DNA of 33,050 nucleotides. Source: a virus (lineage: Duplodnaviria > Caudoviricetes). The position numbers and the translations under genes are program-made. Shown one piece after another: positions 27,022-33,050 of the stretch. The notes below the pieces were generated by a model. It saw only the letters and a program-made list of their open reading frames with translations. It did no database searches and was not told the DNA's origin. The DNA lies in the IMG/VR virus record IMGVR_UViG_3300012953_007464, positions 1-33,050 of that record. One strand, 5' to 3'. Position 1 is the first letter of the stretch. Every line of letters starts with the position of its first letter.

Positions 27022-28860
27022 ATGTCAAAAAAAATAAGTGATACTACAAGAATGCAAGATAGAAGTTATCTTGCTAAAGATTTCGCGTCGTTCAAAGCAG
27101 ATTTAACCCGATATGCCAGAAATTATTTCATTAAGCAAAATGCCGACTTTTCAGAAGCTAGCTTAGGTGGTATGTTTGTCGAGTTAGCTGCATATGTTGG
27201 CGACAGCATGAGCTTCTTCTTAGACTATCAGTATAATGAACTCCAACCAGAAACAGCAACAAACACTCAGAATATTGCTGCACACGCAAGAAATGCAGGT
27301 GTAAAAATTATTGGTGCCTCGCCGGCATCTACTGATCTTCATGTTTTTATTGAAGTTAGCGCCGCCACAGTCTTTGGTGAATATGTGCCCAACCCAAATC
27401 AGCTTCCTTTAATTCTAGAAGGTACCACTTTTAAATCAACAACCGGAGTTACCTTCACAATAGCTGAAGATGTTGACTTTGCAGAAAAAAATGTCGATGG
27501 TTCTTTAATGGCAAAAACTTCAACGTCTCAGCTTGACGCAGCCCGAAATCCATCGAGGTTTATTCTATCAAGGGTGGTTCCTGCAGTTTCTGGAAAACTT
27601 GTTACTGAAACTTTTTCCCTGGGTGCGACCAGGGCCTTTAGAAAAATTACGCTTAAAGAAAAAGATGTTTCTGAAGTTTTGGCAATAACAGATAGCGATG
27701 AGAATCACTATTATGAAGTTGACTTTCTATCTCAAAATACTGCGTTTAAGCGAACAAAAAATTTAATGATTGATTCTGGAGAAGTACCGTCACTTCTTCA
27801 AGTGGTATCAGCCGCCCGACGGTTTACACTTGAAACCAACATAAATTCTAGAATGACGACAGTGCAGTTTGGCGGAGGTGATGAAAATATTCCTGACAAT
27901 GATGCAATACCAGATCCATCAGAGCTGGCGCTCCCACTTTATGGCAGGACAACATTTACCCGTTTTGCAATAGATCCTCAAAAATTGCTAAAAACACAAA
28001 CTCTTGGTATTTCTCCGGCAAATACAACTTTAAAAATTCTATACCGAGCCGGTGGTGGTCAAAACCACAATGTTCCAGCTAACACTATAAATAAAGTAGA
28101 TCGTATAAAAATTATATTTCCAAAATCAACCAGTGCAATTGAATCAAGCGCAGTGGTAAATTCACTAGATGTTAGAAACCCAGCGGCTGCATCTGGTGGA
28201 CTTCGAGCTCCTTCGATACGTGATATACAATCACAAATAGCACAGTCTAGAAATCAACAGTCAAGAATTGTTACCCAGGATGATCTCCTCGCTCGTATCT
28301 ATACACTTCCATCCAAGTTTGGTAGGGTATATCGAGCGTCAGTTAGAAAGAGTGCAAGAAACCCTCTTGCTTCTGAACTTTTTGTTATAAGCAGAAATAG
28401 AAAAGGGGAGCTTACGACAAGCCCTGATTCATTAAAGAGAAATTTGTCGACGTACTTAAATGAATTCAGGCTCATTTCTGATGCACTTGACGTTCTCGAT
28501 GCTACAGTTATAAACTATGGAATTGAATATTCTATTGTGACAACACCTGACGCAAATAAATCGAGTGTTATGGCTTCTATTAATTCTGTTCTTGGTAAGG
28601 TGGTTGCTACGGACTCATATCAAATAGATCAACCATTGATTGAAGCAGACTTTATTAATGCAATTATCAATGTTAACGGTGTTCTTTCACTGCAGAAGCT
28701 AATCCTATATAATCTGTCAGGTCGTATCGGTGACCGAGAATATAGCTCCTACACCTATGACATTCAATCTAATTTGTTTAAAGGAATGGTTGTAGGGCCG
28801 GCTGGATCGATTTTTGAACTCAAGAATTCTACATTTGATATTATCGGGAGTGCAGAGTAA
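27022..28860 (+). CDS. Baseplate wedge protein, T4 gp6/baseplate J-like
   Basis: DFASFKADL, DFSEASLGGMFVELAAYVGDSMSFFLDYQYNE, VQFGGG, YRAGGG..HNV, ASGG and QSRIVTQDD...PSKFG. Confidence 0.85.
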   Translation: MSKKISDTTRMQDRSYLAKDFASFKADLTRYARNYFIKQNADFSEASLGGMFVELAAYVGDSMSFFLDYQYNELQPETATNTQNIAAHARNAGVKIIGASPASTDLHVFIEVSAATVFGEYVPNPNQLPLILEGTTFKSTTGVTFTIAEDVDFAEKNVDGSLMAKTSTSQLDAARNPSRFILSRVVPAVSGKLVTETFSLGATRAFRKITLKEKDVSEVLAITDSDENHYYEVDFLSQNTAFKRTKNLMIDSGEVPSLLQVVSAARRFTLETNINSRMTTVQFGGGDENIPDNDAIPDPSELALPLYGRTTFTRFAIDPQKLLKTQTLGISPANTTLKILYRAGGGQNHNVPANTINKVDRIKIIFPKSTSAIESSAVVNSLDVRNPAAASGGLRAPSIRDIQSQIAQSRNQQSRIVTQDDLLARIYTLPSKFGRVYRASVRKSARNPLASELFVISRNRKGELTTSPDSLKRNLSTYLNEFRLISDALDVLDATVINYGIEYSIVTTPDANKSSVMASINSVLGKVVATDSYQIDQPLIEADFINAIINVNGVLSLQKLILYNLSGRIGDREYSSYTYDIQSNLFKGMVVGPAGSIFELKNSTFDIIGSAE

Positions 28861-30398
28861 TGTACTTAATTTACACAGGAAGTAAGGACACTTACGTAAC
28901 AAATAAAATTATCGACGGCGCTTTTTCGGCATCCGATGCAAACGTAGGGCAAGCTGGAACGATTGATATTTTTAAGCTTTATGATGAAACGCCACTGAAC
29001 GGTGTTACAGGTTCTGCTGAAATATCTAGAGGCTTGATTAAATTTGATCTTTCTCCGCTGAAAGCATTAACAGGTTCGGTTATCGACATTAATGATAGTT
29101 CGTTCAAGGTAAAAATGAAGCTTTATAACCTGTTAGGAGGGACTGCAGTACCTTCTAATTTTACTATGTTTGTTGCTCCATTGTCACAGTCTTTTAGAGA
29201 AGGTTATGGTAGAGATTTGGCATCATTTGCTGATTTAGATTCAGCAAATTTTTATACAGCATCGGTATCTAATTCTTCTCCTGTTGCATGGTATCTTTCA
29301 GGTGCAAACAAAGGTGGTCTTCTTGATTCAGACAACATTGATTATATTGTTTCAGGATCAATTGACGGTGCCTTAACTTCATTAGCACCATCCCAGAAAT
29401 TCGTGAAAGGAACAGAAGATTTATTCATTGACGTAACCACAATAATCTCCGCGACACTCGATGGCAAGATTCCGGACCATGGTTTTAGACTTTCTTTTAC
29501 TGGAAGCGAAGAGCAAGATAAAAAGTCTAGATTTGTAAAGCGTTTCGCCAGTGTTCAATCATCAAACCTCCTTAAGAAGCCATCACTTCATATTATGTAT
29601 GATGATTCACAAACTGATTCTGCAGCTGGTTTTGTTTTTGACAATACCGGATCTTTATATCTGAACAATTTTATTAGAGGTAGTCGGGCAAATTTTGTGT
29701 CTGGTGCAGCAGCATCGGCAATTACAGGTGCCAGTTGTATGTTGTTACGCCTTGAAAAGGATGATTACAGCAAGACGTATTCCGTACATCAAATAACTAA
29801 AGGTACGGACGACACCGCTATAACTGGTCTATATTCGGCATCCATTGCGGTATCATTATCGGATGCAACAGTTGTAAATACCACAAATGAAACAATATTA
29901 GATTTTGCAAACACTAGCGGCTCAATTACATTTGATGCCATTTGGTGTTCAAACGATGAGACAGTTGGTTTTTACACTGGTTCGCTTGAAGTGAAAAGAA
30001 CAATCACAACTAACTACACTGCAAATCCAGCCAATTTTATTATAAAGGCAGTTACGCTCCCGGCCAGAATGCAGCACGATGAAATTTTAAAAATTCAGTT
30101 TTTTGTAACAGACAATAATACAGTTCAAAAAGCTTATAAAATACCATATAGATTAAAAAGCACTATTTTACAAAATGCATATTATCGTATTAGGGACCTT
30201 GATACAGGTCAGGTAGTGATTCCATTTGAAACAACGAATAATGCAACAAAACTCTCTTCTGATGAAAATGGTTTATATTTTCAACTTAGAACAGAAGTTT
30301 TACCCCGCGGCCGCAGTTATGTTATAGATTTATTATTAAAGGATTATGGTCAAGAACAAGTTTTCTTGGCGGTAGGACAAGGATTTAGAGTTGAATAA
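28860..30398 (+). CDS. Putative virion/baseplate-associated beta-rich protein with DNRLRE-like N-terminal domain
   Basis: KDTYV...SRGLIKFDLS...IDVT...HGF.L...P.L.I.Y pattern; S/T/G-rich; TAATG-coupled to the gp6-like gene. Confidence 0.55.
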   Translation: MYLIYTGSKDTYVTNKIIDGAFSASDANVGQAGTIDIFKLYDETPLNGVTGSAEISRGLIKFDLSPLKALTGSVIDINDSSFKVKMKLYNLLGGTAVPSNFTMFVAPLSQSFREGYGRDLASFADLDSANFYTASVSNSSPVAWYLSGANKGGLLDSDNIDYIVSGSIDGALTSLAPSQKFVKGTEDLFIDVTTIISATLDGKIPDHGFRLSFTGSEEQDKKSRFVKRFASVQSSNLLKKPSLHIMYDDSQTDSAAGFVFDNTGSLYLNNFIRGSRANFVSGAAASAITGASCMLLRLEKDDYSKTYSVHQITKGTDDTAITGLYSASIAVSLSDATVVNTTNETILDFANTSGSITFDAIWCSNDETVGFYTGSLEVKRTITTNYTANPANFIIKAVTLPARMQHDEILKIQFFVTDNNTVQKAYKIPYRLKSTILQNAYYRIRDLDTGQVVIPFETTNNATKLSSDENGLYFQLRTEVLPRGRSYVIDLLLKDYGQEQVFLAVGQGFRVE

Positions 30399-33050
30399 TG
30401 GCAAGAAAGACAGTCACATTTGCTAAAACTGGATTGTTTAGCACTAGCACAGTAACTGAGTTTACTTCACCATCGGCAAAATCGAGCTTTGAAGGGTTTG
30501 GTGCTTATTCTGGTTCGATTACAACAAGCAGTTTTGATATTTCAACACCAGGATCTGCACTAAAATCAACGCAGCAGATTCCGCTAGACTGGAGTAAATT
30601 TCAAAGACATACTTTTTTCGATTCTGCAGAAAGTAAAGTCAATATAGCGTTTGATTCGATAATCAACTTTTTTCCATTTGACAGTTCTGACGGTGATGTC
30701 ACTGATTTTTTGGATAATTTAACTGGGTATGAAAGGTATGTTTATGATTCACTCTGGCCTAAGTACAAAGGTTTTTTACACTTTTCTGGAACGGTAAAAG
30801 GTGAAGATCCATTAGCTGGTTTCTCTCCTAACTTAGGTACATTTATCAGTGCCGTTGATCAGGCTGGTTTTTTATACCCTACAATCAGCTCTAGAACAGA
30901 TGCTCAACCAATTGTTAATTTCAGTTCGTCACCATTCACTTGTGCATTTCATATTAATATCCCCGATCGTGCAAACAATAATTCGATTATAACTCAAAAA
31001 CTCCTTACCGACCATGGTTTTTCAGTTGTCTTGAGTGCTTCAGACGCGTCGTCTCCCACGGCCGACATTATTTTTATGCTTTCAAGTGGTAGTATGGCAA
31101 TGAGCGCTAGTGCTAAATTTGAAAAGTCTGCAACAAAATTTCAACATTGCACAGCAATGCTCACAAGAACCGTAAATGAAAATCCTCAACTTTTAATTTA
31201 TAAAAATGGTATTCTGGCGGCAACATCATCACAAACAGTTGGCATTGGACGGCTGGAATTTGCAGCTGCAAATATAACGATAGGTTCAGGATCAAGTCAT
31301 TATCTTGGTACATATTCGTCGAAATTTGAACCAGTAACGACATTGTCAGGTACACTAGACGATTTTAGATTTTATAATAAAATTAAGAATACGACACAGA
31401 TAAAGCAAATGATTTCTGGAACACTCGGCCATTCGAGTGACATGCTTCTTTATTACAAATTCAATGAGCCAACTGGATCTTATACTAATAATAAGGTCAT
31501 CCTTGATTCATCTGGAAATTCTCTTCATGCACAAGTTACGAATTTCACATCATCATTAAGGGAAAAGAATTTTGGTGGAAGAAGCTTAATTGCTCCTATG
31601 CCAAACGAAGCCGTAGAATTAAGTCCAGTTTTATTTCCGGAAGAAGAGAAAGTAGTATCATTAAACAGGATACTATTGTCATCTGCATCACTTTATGATG
31701 CAAACAATCCAAACTTGATCACCAAGATGATTCCAAGACATTACTTGGAAGAAGAAGCAGCTGCCATGGGTTATTCTAACGCCCGGGCAGGTTTAGGAGA
31801 ACAATATTCCAGTACAATTGATTTTCCAGGTGGCGGTGATCCTGGGTCACCACAATTGATCGCTTCACTGTTGTTTATCTGGGCAAAGTTTTTTGATGAA
31901 ATTAAACTTTATACGGACCACTTCGGTAGATTGCTTTCATTGAGTTATGACGACAATGAAACAATTGCAGATACAATGCTTCCGTTCTTTGCACAATATT
32001 ATGGAATTTCTCTTCCCAACATGTTTTCTGAAGCGACTGTAGGGCAATATCTCCGCGGGCAGAATATAACGATGGATGCTAAAGCGTCTGATATGACGTT
32101 AGCTAAAATTCAGTCTGTCATTTGGAGAAGAATATTATTAAATGTCCAAGATGCCGTCAGATCTAAGGGAACAATCCACGGAATAAAATCTGTCATGCGC
32201 GCTACCGGAATCAATCCTGATACTATGTTTAGGTTCCGAGAATCAGGCGGCCCTAAAGAATTAAGAATTAATGACAACAGAACATTTAGAAATGACACCA
32301 GTTTGCTTTTACAGGTGTCAAGTGGAAGCTTAATTAGAAGCCCATTTTTAAGTGGAAGTCGAACAGCCATAGGAACACCAATTCCTAAGGGGACGATGAT
32401 CGAAAAAGATAGATACCCACCACATGGTATATCAAATTGGGATTGGGACGGGTTTTTTACAAGTGGATCATGGTCAGTTGAGTTTATGGTTAAGCCTCAA
32501 AAGCCAAGAATAATTTCGTCAATGTCTTTAAACAGAGTATGTGCAACAGGTTCGCTGGGTACAGTTACACTGGCAAATTGTATTGGTGTAGGCACCACAG
32601 ATGATACTTCTAAGACCGGCTCACTGTCTGTTTTCCACCGCGCAACTGATAGCACCAGAAAGGGATTTGAATTACATCTTACTGGTACAGATGTTTTTGA
32701 CGGAGACATCTGGCATATTTGTTATGGTAGAGAAAGAATCAGTGCACTGTCATCTAGTTATTTCCTCAGAGCAGGAAAGCAAAACAATGGAATACTTGAA
32801 ACATTTTCAACACAATATATGACTGCAAGTTTTGGAACGGGAAGCTATTATTCAAGCGGTTCAACACAAGTCAATGTTTCAGGATCATTTTTACAGTTTG
32901 GAAACACTGAAATGGCAACCCTTGCAGCCGGCTTGAACGATAGCTCCGTTTCACCTCATGCACAAGTGGTAAAATTTTCTGGCTCTATAGGAAGAGTCAG
33001 GTTTTGGTCTAAGGCATTGACTGAAACAGAAAATAAAGAACACATTAGAA
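30398..33050 (+). CDS. Large virion protein (at least 884 codons, 3'-truncated): LamG/concanavalin-like domains flanking a gp7/P2 gpI-like wedge segment
   Basis: Not in the track because no stop is reached. Manual translation from the ATG at 30398 (TAATG overlap) stays open to the window end: IYKNG...ITIG...LSGTLDDFRFYN, LYYKFNE...LDSSGNSLHA, IWRRILLN...SKGTIHGIK...GI, WSVEFMVK, WHICY and FSGSIGRVRFWSKAL. Confidence 0.8.
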   Translation, partial: MARKTVTFAKTGLFSTSTVTEFTSPSAKSSFEGFGAYSGSITTSSFDISTPGSALKSTQQIPLDWSKFQRHTFFDSAESKVNIAFDSIINFFPFDSSDGDVTDFLDNLTGYERYVYDSLWPKYKGFLHFSGTVKGEDPLAGFSPNLGTFISAVDQAGFLYPTISSRTDAQPIVNFSSSPFTCAFHINIPDRANNNSIITQKLLTDHGFSVVLSASDASSPTADIIFMLSSGSMAMSASAKFEKSATKFQHCTAMLTRTVNENPQLLIYKNGILAATSSQTVGIGRLEFAAANITIGSGSSHYLGTYSSKFEPVTTLSGTLDDFRFYNKIKNTTQIKQMISGTLGHSSDMLLYYKFNEPTGSYTNNKVILDSSGNSLHAQVTNFTSSLREKNFGGRSLIAPMPNEAVELSPVLFPEEEKVVSLNRILLSSASLYDANNPNLITKMIPRHYLEEEAAAMGYSNARAGLGEQYSSTIDFPGGGDPGSPQLIASLLFIWAKFFDEIKLYTDHFGRLLSLSYDDNETIADTMLPFFAQYYGISLPNMFSEATVGQYLRGQNITMDAKASDMTLAKIQSVIWRRILLNVQDAVRSKGTIHGIKSVMRATGINPDTMFRFRESGGPKELRINDNRTFRNDTSLLLQVSSGSLIRSPFLSGSRTAIGTPIPKGTMIEKDRYPPHGISNWDWDGFFTSGSWSVEFMVKPQKPRIISSMSLNRVCATGSLGTVTLANCIGVGTTDDTSKTGSLSVFHRATDSTRKGFELHLTGTDVFDGDIWHICYGRERISALSSSYFLRAGKQNNGILETFSTQYMTASFGTGSYYSSGSTQVNVSGSFLQFGNTEMATLAAGLNDSSVSPHAQVVKFSGSIGRVRFWSKALTETENKEHIR

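Noticed and set aside
24090-33050. T6SS or eCIS/tailocin rather than phage baseplate
   Set aside because: No Tss membrane complex, ClpV or Afp15-type ATPase is in view. The gp6-like sequence and the neighbouring sigma-like and Cas4-like genes fit a large myophage better.

Overview
AT-rich, densely packed window in which every credible gene is on the + strand and most are translationally coupled. It reads as a fragment of a large (probably jumbo-type) myophage genome rather than a bacterial chromosome. About 22.7 kb (1-22721) is an unusually rich glycan synthesis and modification cluster: HldE-type sugar kinase, two GT9-like, one CgeB-like and two GT4 glycosyltransferases, a WbpB/WbpD/WbpE-like trio, Gmd, a perosamine-synthase-like and a ColD-like PLP enzyme, an RmlC-like epimerase, a short nucleotide-sugar dehydrogenase, four methyltransferases and four sulfotransferase-like genes, one broken by a single in-frame TAG. 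A Cas4-like nuclease is embedded in it, and no flippase, polymerase or lipid-carrier initiating enzyme is visible. The cluster runs directly into a phage sigma-factor-like gene and a contractile-tail baseplate module: spike candidate, triple-repeat protein, gp25-like, gp6-like, a DNRLRE-like protein and a large LamG-containing protein that runs off the right edge and is absent from the ORF track. The most interesting signal is a strong protein-level enrichment of an [S/T]-G-S tripeptide in the last two virion proteins, a candidate acceptor sequon for a phage-encoded sulfated/methylated virion glycosylation system. All calls come from reading motifs by eye; no database searches were run.
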